A stretch of DNA of 64,000 nt from Candidatus Cloacimonadales bacterium. Its GTDB lineage: Bacteria; Cloacimonadota; Cloacimonadia; Cloacimonadales; JAFGVF01. Below the pieces are notes generated by a model that was given only the letters and a program-made list of their open reading frames with translations, had not been told where the DNA came from and ran no database searches. This document shows, piece after piece, positions 38,392-47,633 of this stretch. How positions within the stretch are numbered: the stretch's first letter is position 1; every line of letters begins with the position of its first letter. Location of the stretch: NCBI GenBank assembly GCA_963678315.1, contig OY782781.1, positions 2,080,001 to 2,144,000 on the forward strand, in the 5' to 3' direction. The position numbers and the translations under genes were made by a program.

Positions 38392-38585
38392 AATACCTAA
38401 AGGAGTAAATATACAAAACCCATGATTTTAATCATAGGGTATAGTCGCATATTTGTCTTTATAGTCTTGAAGGGACTTTTAAATGCAATTATAATTTGAT
38501 AAGTGCTTTCAGCACTACTATATGCTTGTTTTAACTTAACCTAGGTTTGAAAACCTAGGCTTTTGACAATTAATCCTTTCAGGAT
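38392..38585. repeat. Mirror-symmetric cluster of REP-like hairpins (REPIN/BIME-like)
   Basis: Hairpins at 38418-38440, 38463-38477 (GAA loop), 38502-38516 (TTC loop), 38540-38559 and 38573-38585 (TTC loop), plus a degenerate one at 38392-38406. Confidence 0.7.
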
Positions 38586-38678
38586 ATTTTATGTGTTAGT
38601 ATGATTAAAGTTCAATCTTCATGGATGCTTACAGTCAATCTTATAGCAGCGCATTAAAATATGGCTTACAATTTAAAT

Positions 38679-38885
38679 CTAAGCTTGTTTATTTTTTAGT
38701 AAGATTATTACTCCCACAATCAGGAATAGAAGGCTTAGTACAAGAGAGAATGTGACTGTTTGATAGTTTAAGTTGTGCTTTGGTCTAATATAAATTTCTA
38801 ATCCTAATACCAGACTAAATATAATACAAGCATAACCAATAATTTCGTCACTGTGATATTTACTTTCCATATCTATATTTTTCAC
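38679..38885 (-). CDS. Small hypothetical membrane protein (two TM helices)
   Basis: 68-aa ORF with two clear hydrophobic helices; start uncertain (GTG 38885 or ATG 38870). Confidence 0.5.
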   Translation of the reverse strand: MKNIDMESKYHSDEIIGYACIIFSLVLGLEIYIRPKHNLNYQTVTFSLVLSLLFLIVGVIILLKNKQA

Positions 38886-38964
38886 CTATTATTTATTTAT
38901 GTAAAATATAAGCTGTTTGCATAAAATAACAAATAATGATTTTAGTCTTCTTACTCTATCGATA

Positions 38965-39014
38965 CTAAAGGGTCTCCTGCATAAAAAAGCATTTTAATGC
39001 AGGAGGCCCTTTAG
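38965..39014 (+). repeat. Dispersed palindromic element, sub-type B, copy 1
   Basis: 18-bp arms CTAAAGGGTCTCCTGCAT / ATGCAGGAGGCCCTTTAG (one T.G pair) around AAAAAAGCATTTTA. Confidence 0.85.
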
Positions 39015-39096
39015 CTAGAGTTAAAGAATATGTTAAATGTATATGTTATCTAAACAATTAATCAGTTTGATATTTATTAGAAGTTATTAATATTAC

Positions 39097-40212
39097 CTAC
39101 TTTTTAGAGATAGCAACATTGAAACCACGTCTTTGCTTGACTTCACAGTTTCCAAAAACCTTGTTCATTGCATTATAAATATGAGTAATGTTCTTCGCTA
39201 CAATATAAGCTCTCCCACCTTTAGCAAGAGATTCATAAGCTTTATCTATAAATAAATCAGCGATTCTAAAGTTTGAAAAGTAAGGAGGGTTTCCTACAAA
39301 GACATTTGCTTTAATGTTCTTTACACCCTCATCGGTAAGATGAAATTCGGTATTGGTAATATTGTTTAAAGTGCAGTTTTCTTTGCAGCAATTAAATGCG
39401 ATTGAATTTGAGTCTACAAAAATAGTTTTAGCTGGATTGTAGTATTTAGCAAGTGCAATACCTACTGAGCCAATACCAGCACCCATATCAAGAACTATGT
39501 CTTTTTCAGTTACTTGGGCGTTTTCAATTAAAGCTAAAGCACCCTCATCAACTCTGTGGTGTGCGAAAACACCTGGAAGAGATGTGAACTCAAGTTCAGG
39601 CTTGTCGGGTAGACATAACCAAAAGTTATCTTTGAAATCTAAAGGTAAATCAATTAAAACACTTTTTCTTAAAAGAATCAAAAATTGTCCCTTTACAGGC
39701 TCTTCTAGTGAATATGGTATTTCATTAATTCTTAAAATATCTTCAAACCACTTACTTCTTTTATCACAAGAAACAATTATCTTGCCCTTCTTCTTTGTTT
39801 GGTTATAGAATTTTGAAAATAGAAATTCATAGAACTCTTTACTATAAGTTTTATTGTCAATTTGCATTACAAAGAGTGACAACTTGTCTTCTGGGACATT
39901 AGTTAAATTACACTTATTGTTGATGATGGTTTTATTTCTTCTAATGTTCTTATTGATAGTGTTGTGATGATGAAAATCAACATTCAAGACAGTAATAACA
40001 TTATCTAGAGGAAATTTGTTCTTAAGATAGATAGGTAAAGCTCCTGTCCTATTGTTAACAAACAAACAGTTACTTAGATCTTTCTCATTGTATGCTGTTT
40101 TGAAGAGATTCTTTTCAGTTGTATGAAGTCCTGATCTCGACAAGATTGTAGTACCGTTGAAACTTTCTTTAAAAAACTTTTCTCTTTTTTTCTCTGTTAT
40201 ATATATATTCAT
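39097..40212 (-). CDS. RsmC/RlmG-like rRNA methyltransferase (MTS domain)
   Basis: PGVFAHHRVDEGALAL, VLDMGAGIG and GNPPY motifs; degenerate N-terminal half. Confidence 0.8.
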   Translation of the reverse strand: MNIYITEKKREKFFKESFNGTTILSRSGLHTTEKNLFKTAYNEKDLSNCLFVNNRTGALPIYLKNKFPLDNVITVLNVDFHHHNTINKNIRRNKTIINNKCNLTNVPEDKLSLFVMQIDNKTYSKEFYEFLFSKFYNQTKKKGKIIVSCDKRSKWFEDILRINEIPYSLEEPVKGQFLILLRKSVLIDLPLDFKDNFWLCLPDKPELEFTSLPGVFAHHRVDEGALALIENAQVTEKDIVLDMGAGIGSVGIALAKYYNPAKTIFVDSNSIAFNCCKENCTLNNITNTEFHLTDEGVKNIKANVFVGNPPYFSNFRIADLFIDKAYESLAKGGRAYIVAKNITHIYNAMNKVFGNCEVKQRRGFNVAISKK

Positions 40213-40221
40213 TATCTTCCT

Positions 40222-41016
40222 TTATTTATCTAGTGAGGCTACTACAAGAATACCGTTGCCTTGTTCGTTATTAGCTTTCTGGTCAGCTTTCATTAAACAA
40301 GTTAAGAATGGGTACATTAATATTAAATAAGCTGGGACCACTATAAATGCTAGTTTTGTTTTTTGGAACAATTGCATAGGTATCTTCATACAATATTTCC
40401 AGTATTTAGCTCCATATTTGCCATAAGTATATCTTATTGAATCAATTTTGAAGCCAGCATCATGCAACTTTTCAACAAGTTCATCCATATCATAACCGGG
40501 CCTAACATGTTCCTCTGTATAAGCTGCAGCTTCATCAAATGTACTTGGTGTAGAAATTATTAATTTTCCGTGTTGGCTAATGCAATTACTGAAATTGCTA
40601 ATAGTTTGACGGTCATTTTCAATATGTTCTAATATGTCTATGGCGATTATTAAGTCATATTTATTTTTTGGAGTGTATTCTTGTAAGTCAGCTACCTTGT
40701 ATGAAAATCTACCTTCTTTTTTAGATTGATTAACATAGAAACTATAGTCATTGAGATAATTTTCCTTGATATCAACTGCATGAACTTTAGAATTAGGATA
40801 ATAATCAAGTACAAAGTCACTGTACTGTAAGAATCCTCCACCAGCATCATACATGCTAAAAGATTCATTTTTATCTTTATAGACTTTATTAATCATTTTA
40901 AAAACATACTGTTGACGTAAAATAAACGTGTTAAGTAGTTTATAAAATACTTTTCTTAAAAATGGAAAGATTGCTATGGCTGTAGCAAATTTATCTTTGA
41001 CAATATCGTACTTCAT
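40222..41016 (-). CDS. Class I SAM-dependent methyltransferase
   Basis: YDAGGG, VDI, YDLIIAIDILEHIEND and GKLIISTP motifs. Confidence 0.85.
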   Translation of the reverse strand: MKYDIVKDKFATAIAIFPFLRKVFYKLLNTFILRQQYVFKMINKVYKDKNESFSMYDAGGGFLQYSDFVLDYYPNSKVHAVDIKENYLNDYSFYVNQSKKEGRFSYKVADLQEYTPKNKYDLIIAIDILEHIENDRQTISNFSNCISQHGKLIISTPSTFDEAAAYTEEHVRPGYDMDELVEKLHDAGFKIDSIRYTYGKYGAKYWKYCMKIPMQLFQKTKLAFIVVPAYLILMYPFLTCLMKADQKANNEQGNGILVVASLDK

Positions 41017-41183
41017 CTTAATCTTCCTTTATCCTATTTATTTAAATAGATTATCTTGAGATTTGACTATTCTTGTTGAAGAATGTTATTCAAGGAATAA
41101 TTAGCCAAATAAATAGGGCTGAATTTATTATTCAATAATTGTAGACTATATTTTAATGTCAAGATAATGAAAGGATTTTTAAT

Positions 41184-42344
41184 ATGAATATAAAAGATAT
41201 TGTTGACTTCTATAACAAACAAAATAGCAATCAAGCTATAATTGATGATATAAATTCAATATCATTAAACAATATAAACCAAATTTCAAAACTAAAAGAT
41301 AAATATAAAAAGTACCCCATTGCTGATTTGCTAACATTGAAAAGAATAAGAGGGAATGCCCTGAAAAGAATTAACAATGCGGAGAATTATATTTTTACAG
41401 TTAAAGGAGTAGAACAATCTTCGTCAAGTGCAGTAGCAAACTTCCATTCAAGTCTATTTTATGAAGACGATGTTATTGCAGACTTATGTTGTGGGAACGG
41501 AATTGACTTAATCGCTATTGCTAAGAAAGTAAAGAAAGTCTTTGCTATAGATTTATCTGATGATGCTTTGCAGTGTGCGAGCTTTAATTCTAAAGTGGAG
41601 AATTTGAACAATATAGTATTCTTACAAGAAAAAGCTGAAGAGTTTAATAAAAGAATAGATGGTGTCTTCATTGACCCTGATAGACGTCCTAATGAAAGAA
41701 GAGTTATTAATGGCAATGATATATCCCCTAGCTTCAATGAAGTTCTTAAGTTAATTAACAAATACAAGAATGTTGTTGTGAAACTTTCTCCAGTTTTTGA
41801 TTATAAGTCTATTGAACTAGTAGATGTTAAACACACTTGGATGTTTGTTTCAGAAGGAAAAACTCTTAAAGAAATTCTTCTTTGTACAGGTAAATACTCT
41901 TTAGAAAGTTCTCGTGCTGCTTATATATTGCCAGACAATGTATTCTTACCTAATCATCAAGAAATAGCAGTTGCTCCAATAAATGAATATATTTTTGAAC
42001 CAGACTCTTCCATAATTAGAGCCGGATTAGTACAAGATATAGGTCATAGCATTGAATATACATTAATAAACAAACATATAGGCTTACTTACTGGGAAATA
42101 TCCAGTTAAATCAATATGGGGTGAATGTTTCAAGGTTAAAGAGGTATTTCATTATAACAAGAAAAACATGAACAAATTCTTAAAAACACACCATGTAGGA
42201 CAGCTAATTATCAAGACCAGAGGTTTTCCTGAGACACCTCAGCAGGTACTTAACAAATTTAAATTAAAAGGTACTAGACAAGAATTGATATTAATTGTAA
42301 GAATGGATAAAGAATTTTTATGTTTGAATATTGAGAGAATTTAA
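41184..42344 (+). CDS. SAM-dependent methyltransferase with C-terminal THUMP-like domain
   Basis: EQSSS, ADLCCGNGID, FIDPDRR, VKLSP and YIFEPDSSIIRAG motifs. Confidence 0.85.
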   Translation: MNIKDIVDFYNKQNSNQAIIDDINSISLNNINQISKLKDKYKKYPIADLLTLKRIRGNALKRINNAENYIFTVKGVEQSSSSAVANFHSSLFYEDDVIADLCCGNGIDLIAIAKKVKKVFAIDLSDDALQCASFNSKVENLNNIVFLQEKAEEFNKRIDGVFIDPDRRPNERRVINGNDISPSFNEVLKLINKYKNVVVKLSPVFDYKSIELVDVKHTWMFVSEGKTLKEILLCTGKYSLESSRAAYILPDNVFLPNHQEIAVAPINEYIFEPDSSIIRAGLVQDIGHSIEYTLINKHIGLLTGKYPVKSIWGECFKVKEVFHYNKKNMNKFLKTHHVGQLIIKTRGFPETPQQVLNKFKLKGTRQELILIVRMDKEFLCLNIERI

Positions 42345-42398
42345 GTTTATAATGAGGAATATATATTGCATAAATAATATTTAAAATAACACTAAAGG

Positions 42399-45300
42399 AT
42401 GGTACAGATGAAAAAAGTAATCACCACGCTTTTGATTTCTATGATTTGCCTTGTTTCGCAAGCTATTGTAGTGGAAACAGGTAGTCTAAAAGCTTTTCTA
42501 TATGGTACTGATGAGAACTTAGAGTATGATAACTACTCATCTCACATAGCTGAAGGAATTGCTTCTGCTAATTATAACTATTATGCTCCTTTTGATCCAC
42601 AAACTAATGGATTCGGAGACTTCCAAATGCCAAATTCTACTGATTTGACTAATTGGACTGCTATCTCTGAAGCATTTGTTGCAGGAAACTATGAGCAAGC
42701 TCAAACATTATTAGATAACAACAGTTATCCTTATCATGTAGTTCAATTTAACGATACTGACTTTGATAGAACATATTACATGCTTAGAGAAACTTTAAAT
42801 GATGATTTCGATGATAATATAGATAGTGACCCAACTGATGACGTAACAGGTTCTTTTGATTATGGTTGGGGACTCTATATCTTCAATCCAGAAGCATCAA
42901 ATCCTATAGTTGTTACTGCACCTCATCCTACTGATGACTTCCCTACCATAGTAACAAGTTATCATTGTTTTGTAGAATGGGATTCAATGTTCTTATTAGT
43001 AACTGGCGCTGGTCGTGAAGTAAAATGGACCAATCAAGCTCCTTACTACAACAGTAAATCACTTAGTGACCCTACTAGAAATATTAACCATCCTTATAAT
43101 AAAAGTTATCAAGCCTTTTGTGATCATATAAGAGATACATTCGGTAGATTAGAATTCTCAGCTCAAATGCATAGTTATGACTGGGGTGATAGACATACTG
43201 GCTATCCTCCTTGTCAGATTTCTGCAGGTGGAACAAGACCTTGTCCTAACCTACCAATAAGAGACTTATCAGGTATGGGGCACGACATGTTTAATTCAAC
43301 TCCTGATGTTGTCTTTCCTGCTAACACTTTCGGTGTACATCGTGAAGTTACTAGAGATGAATATATGGCAGTACATAATGAAGTTTATGATTTCAACATA
43401 AACAACAACCCAGATACTCCTGCAAATGATTACATCGATTTATGGGGCTATAGTCAAAACAGACAAATGCAATATACTTTATCTGGAACAAATGACTACG
43501 ATGTAGTAGATCCTTTCTTCCATATAGAAATAGATGAGTTACCTGAAGTTTATGATCAAACAGAAGAGAATTATTACTGGTTCTGGGGTTATAATCCTTT
43601 AACACAAAGATTTGAACAAGATAAAATATTCACTATGACAGAAAACTTCTACTTAGAATGGATTCATAGAATAACTGAGAACTTAGATTATCTCTTAAAT
43701 CTAGAAGATGAAACAGTTCCAAGTGTAAACAATTTTGCATCTTTAGCACAAAACTATAACGCTATTTCTTTACAATGGGAACCTGTAAATGATTTCAACT
43801 TCGAATCATACGAAATACTATATGCTACCGAAGAAATTGCTGATGATAATTACCAAGTTTGGGACAGAAGTAATGATAATATGCTTGCTAGTATGAGAAC
43901 TGGTGAAACACTAATTACATCTCTTAATCCAGATACTAACTACCACTTTAAAATTAGAGTTACCGATTATGCTGGTAATACTTCTATGCTTTCTGACGAA
44001 GTTGTAGTAGAAACTTCTCCTTACAGAATTTCTAATTTCAAGGCATATTCTGACGATGGTGCAATCACTATTCAATGGAATGCTCAAAATGAATCTTCTT
44101 TATCTATCTATAAGATTCATAGACGTCAAGTTGGTGGAACATGGGAAGGTGTTGAAAATGTTGTAGCAACTAATGAATCAAATAACCATTCATATCAATG
44201 GATAGATACAGATGTTACTTACGGCACATATTATGAATATAAACTTGAAGTCTTCACACAAGTTGGAGAATCTTACCAGTATGACTATACTGTTTCTGCT
44301 CATGCTAGTGACTATATTCAACTAATTGTTTCCAACCAAGATGGCACTGTAGCTGATACAGTAGTAATTTCATGTAATGCTGAAGCTTCAAATAGTTATG
44401 ATTCATATTATGATGTTGTTACTTCAACTTCAGGAAGCGGAGACTATATTGTTGCAGCTTTATATGAACAATACTGGGATTCTAGTCAAAGATACCTTGA
44501 AAAAGAAGTAGATGCTGATATCAATCTTAACGAAGATTATGCTACATTTGTTTTAGCTGTTAGATCCTCTTTAACTAATGAACAGTTAAATATCACAGTC
44601 GGTGATTTTGACGAAAGATCTACAAGAAAGGTTGTTGTAAGAGAATCTTCTAGTAATATCGCTGATTTAAACAATGATGAGTTAAACTTCCAAGTATCTA
44701 ATACTTCATTTAAAACTTTCAATGTTTATTACGGTAATCTAAATCCTACTTTAGTTATGTCTTCAGCTCCAGCTTACAAGATTTATCATCCAAATGAATC
44801 TATAAACTTCCAATGGTCTACACAAAACCAATTCTTGGTTGATCATTATAGAATAGAATTAATGGGCGATGACTCAACTATTCTAGTTGACGATAACGCA
44901 GCTGCCAACACATCATATTATCCTTGGTTTATTCCTGCTGATACAAATATTCAAGATGCTAAACTTGTTGTAACAATCTACGCTTTAGATGGTGAAGAGA
45001 TAACATATATCTCTGACTGGGAATTAGGTGTTTTACCATTAGAGCTAAATTACTATTTTGATCAAGGATACCAGATGGTTTCTCATGTATGGCAAGATGA
45101 AACAGTTAGTGCGAATGATTTATTCGGTGCAGGAAATATGCTTTACGAATTTACTTTAGGACAAACTTTCAACCCTACTCTATTCTATAACTTTGGAAAA
45201 GGTTACTGGGTTAATTGTCCGGCTGATGTAGAATCAACTATTGATGTACCTGTTACAAATGATGAATTCACTGTAGCTCTAAATGCTGGTTGGAACTTAT

Positions 45301-46307
45301 TAGGTAATCCATATCCATCATTTATGGATGTTTCTGGATTTATATTCAAGGTAGATGGTGTTGAATACTCAATGGGTGAAATGCTAACAAATGGCTTTAT
45401 TTCTAGAGGTATCTATGATTTAGACTATAATGGATATCATCTTACTGATAGAATTAAACCTATGGAAGCCTTCTTCTTACATAATAATCTTGATTTAAAT
45501 ATAGTTGAGTTAACTTATACACCTTACTATGATCATTATGAACTTGAACTTATCCCTTCAGAATGGGATATCAATATTGTAGCTAATAATGGTCAAGTGG
45601 ACAATTTAACTCTTGGTTTTAGCAACTATGCTAGCGATGAATATGACATGAATATTGATTTACCAAAAGCTCCTGGTTATCCATTTGATGGTGTAGATCT
45701 TTATATTGCTTATCCTGAAGATGATTTAAACTTCATGTATGATAAAGGCCATGTTGATTATAAATCTCCTATGTTTGCAGAAGAGATGACTTCTAAAAGC
45801 TGGATGATTGGACTTAACTGTGAAACTTTAGACAGCGTAGAACTTCAATACAACGCAATTAATTTCCCAACTAATGAATTATTTACTTATATTCGTTATA
45901 ATGGTGAATTATATTACTTTGACCAAGAACATAACTTCCAGTTTGAACCAACAGAAATTGGTGAATATATGCTTGAATTAGTTGTTTCACAAGTGATGTT
46001 AAGTAATGATAATGGTTCTGTTGATCCATTCACTACTCAATTCGATGTGTATCCTAACCCATTCAATCCTGAAACTTCAATTTCATTTAATATAAAGAAT
46101 GATTCTAAAGTTGAACTTGATGTCTTTAATATTAAAGGTCAAAAAGTTAAATCTATCTGTTCAGATCAAATGACTGCTGGAACTCATACTTATGTTTGGA
46201 ATGGAAGAAACTCTCAAAATAAAGCTACTGCTTCTGGTGTTTATTTCATGAGATTAAAAGTTTCTGGTGAAAAAACAAGAGTTAAAAAAGTAATGTTAAT
46301 GAAATAG
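42399..46307 (+). CDS. Large secreted protein: putative N-terminal metallohydrolase domain, fibronectin type III repeats, C-terminal FlgD-Ig/T9SS-type-A-like domain
   Basis: Signal peptide (MKKV start at 42408 also possible); VTAPHP / QMHSY / FHIE motifs; FN3 LQWEP...LNPDTNYHFKIRV; LNAGWNLLGNPY; C-terminal YPNPFNPETSISF...SGVYF...KKVMLMK. Confidence 0.85.
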   Translation: MVQMKKVITTLLISMICLVSQAIVVETGSLKAFLYGTDENLEYDNYSSHIAEGIASANYNYYAPFDPQTNGFGDFQMPNSTDLTNWTAISEAFVAGNYEQAQTLLDNNSYPYHVVQFNDTDFDRTYYMLRETLNDDFDDNIDSDPTDDVTGSFDYGWGLYIFNPEASNPIVVTAPHPTDDFPTIVTSYHCFVEWDSMFLLVTGAGREVKWTNQAPYYNSKSLSDPTRNINHPYNKSYQAFCDHIRDTFGRLEFSAQMHSYDWGDRHTGYPPCQISAGGTRPCPNLPIRDLSGMGHDMFNSTPDVVFPANTFGVHREVTRDEYMAVHNEVYDFNINNNPDTPANDYIDLWGYSQNRQMQYTLSGTNDYDVVDPFFHIEIDELPEVYDQTEENYYWFWGYNPLTQRFEQDKIFTMTENFYLEWIHRITENLDYLLNLEDETVPSVNNFASLAQNYNAISLQWEPVNDFNFESYEILYATEEIADDNYQVWDRSNDNMLASMRTGETLITSLNPDTNYHFKIRVTDYAGNTSMLSDEVVVETSPYRISNFKAYSDDGAITIQWNAQNESSLSIYKIHRRQVGGTWEGVENVVATNESNNHSYQWIDTDVTYGTYYEYKLEVFTQVGESYQYDYTVSAHASDYIQLIVSNQDGTVADTVVISCNAEASNSYDSYYDVVTSTSGSGDYIVAALYEQYWDSSQRYLEKEVDADINLNEDYATFVLAVRSSLTNEQLNITVGDFDERSTRKVVVRESSSNIADLNNDELNFQVSNTSFKTFNVYYGNLNPTLVMSSAPAYKIYHPNESINFQWSTQNQFLVDHYRIELMGDDSTILVDDNAAANTSYYPWFIPADTNIQDAKLVVTIYALDGEEITYISDWELGVLPLELNYYFDQGYQMVSHVWQDETVSANDLFGAGNMLYEFTLGQTFNPTLFYNFGKGYWVNCPADVESTIDVPVTNDEFTVALNAGWNLLGNPYPSFMDVSGFIFKVDGVEYSMGEMLTNGFISRGIYDLDYNGYHLTDRIKPMEAFFLHNNLDLNIVELTYTPYYDHYELELIPSEWDINIVANNGQVDNLTLGFSNYASDEYDMNIDLPKAPGYPFDGVDLYIAYPEDDLNFMYDKGHVDYKSPMFAEEMTSKSWMIGLNCETLDSVELQYNAINFPTNELFTYIRYNGELYYFDQEHNFQFEPTEIGEYMLELVVSQVMLSNDNGSVDPFTTQFDVYPNPFNPETSISFNIKNDSKVELDVFNIKGQKVKSICSDQMTAGTHTYVWNGRNSQNKATASGVYFMRLKVSGEKTRVKKVMLMK

Positions 46308-46330
46308 TTAATAATTACGTAAATAAATTC

Positions 46331-46364
46331 AAAGAGAGCCTGCTTCAAGTAGGCTCTTTCTTTT
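46331..46364 (+). terminator. Intrinsic terminator after the large secreted protein gene
   Basis: AGAGCCTGCTT-C-AAGTAGGCTCT hairpin followed by TTCTTTT. Confidence 0.8.
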
Positions 46365-46406
46365 ATGAATAAATTATCTAAAAGATTCATTGTTTTCTTG
46401 GATATG

Positions 46407-46454
46407 TTACTAGCCTCCTGCATTAAATTAGCTTTTTATGCAGAAGACCCTTAA
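46407..46454 (-). repeat. Dispersed palindromic element, sub-type B, copy 2 (inverted)
   Basis: Reverse complement reads TTAAGGGTCTTCTGCATAAAAAGCTAATTTAATGCAGGAGGCTAGTAA, matching 38966-39007 and carrying the sub-type A tail (C[A/T]AGTAA). Confidence 0.8.
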
Positions 46455-46522
46455 TTCTGAACTAAAAAAAAGATAGAAATCCTCTATTAAGAATCTCTAT
46501 CTAATTTGCTTGTTTGTTTTGT

Positions 46523-46912
46523 TTAGCTTATTTTTATTGTTTTGGGAGAATTATTTATTCTTTTAGGTATAATTAAGTTTAATATCCCGTGAGATAACTT
46601 AGCTCTTAAATTCTCTACATCACAAGTTGATGGAATATAAAATGACCTGTTAACTTTATTTGATGTAGCTATCTCTTGCATATGTAAAATGTCATTATCA
46701 TTATATTTCTTTTTAGTAGTCTCAGCTTTTATAGTTAATAAGTTATCCTTCACACTAACATTAATCTCTTCTTTAGAAAAGCCAGGTAAATATGACTTAA
46801 CTAGGAAGCCTTGGTCACTTTCAATTATATCAACAGGAATTTTATCATTTGAATGCCATCTGTTATAATTTACTGCTCTATTACTTAATCGTTTAGTATC
46901 TTGATTATACAT
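46523..46912 (-). CDS. Hsp20/alpha-crystallin family small heat-shock protein
   Basis: PVDIIE, LPGFSKEEINVSV, LLTIKA, RSFYIP and AKLSHGILNLIIPK motifs. Confidence 0.9.
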   Translation of the reverse strand: MYNQDTKRLSNRAVNYNRWHSNDKIPVDIIESDQGFLVKSYLPGFSKEEINVSVKDNLLTIKAETTKKKYNDNDILHMQEIATSNKVNRSFYIPSTCDVENLRAKLSHGILNLIIPKRINNSPKTIKIS

Positions 46913-46985
46913 ATCAAAAACTCCTTTCTAATCTTAATTTCAATTCAATATCTACATACACAGTTAATCATGTCAATAAATATTA

Positions 46986-47012
46986 TTAGCATTCAATGAA
47001 AAAGTCTGCTAA
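46986..47012. promoter_or_regulatory. CIRCE (HrcA operator)-like box 1 upstream of hsp20
   Basis: TTAGCATTC-N9-GTCTGCTAA against consensus TTAGCACTC-N9-GAGTGCTAA; lies just upstream of a minus-strand TTGACA at 46976-46971. Confidence 0.75.
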
Positions 47013-47072
47013 AAAGAGTTTCATAATGAGCTAATATAAAGTTAAACAGTCTTTTATGAGAGTAGAAGAATT

Positions 47073-47099
47073 TTAGCAATATTTTGAAGTCTTTGCTAA
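47073..47099. promoter_or_regulatory. CIRCE-like box 2 (more degenerate)
   Basis: TTAGCAATA-N9-CTTTGCTAA with the exact 9-nt spacer. Confidence 0.5.
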
Positions 47100-47287
47100 T
47101 AAAGAATGGATTTATACTCAATCCTTGTCGCATTCTTGAAGTCTAAACCAAAAAGATATTAATTATAAGCTTTTAAGATATCTCATAAAATTCTGTTAAA
47201 AGAATTCATTAATAATTGATTTAGAAAACTGTTGACGTATGTTTCAAATATATAAAAATTGAAAAAATATTACTTAAGGAGTCCATT

Positions 47288-47608
47288 ATGATGCCAGGTG
47301 GAAACATGAAACAATTAATGAAGAAAGCTCAGAAGATGCAAAAAGACCTATTGAAAGCTCAAGAAGAGATGGAGAATAAGATTTTTGAGTGTACTTCAGG
47401 TGGAGGCATGGTTAAAATAGAAATGAATGGTAAGTATGAAGTTAAGGGAATTAAAATAGATCCAGAAGTAATTGACCCAGATGATGTAGAAATGTTAGAA
47501 GACTTGATTCTAGCAGCATTGAAAGATGGATTTGACCAAGTATCTAAAAATAACGAATCTTCAATGTCTAATATTACTGGTGGCATGAAGATTCCAGGTC
47601 TATTCTAA
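47288..47608 (+). CDS. ybaB: YbaB/EbfC nucleoid-associated protein
   Basis: MKQLMKKAQKMQ, SGGGMV and IDPDDVEMLEDLILAA motifs; directly before recR. Confidence 0.95.
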   Translation: MMPGGNMKQLMKKAQKMQKDLLKAQEEMENKIFECTSGGGMVKIEMNGKYEVKGIKIDPEVIDPDDVEMLEDLILAALKDGFDQVSKNNESSMSNITGGMKIPGLF

Positions 47609-47633
47609 TATAGGGAAGCTTACTTAAAAAACA

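Noticed and set aside
39097..42344. Three adjacent methyltransferases as a restriction-modification or defence locus
   Set aside because: Motifs fit RNA or small-molecule methyltransferases (MTS, THUMP-like, generic class I); no nuclease or specificity subunit is nearby.
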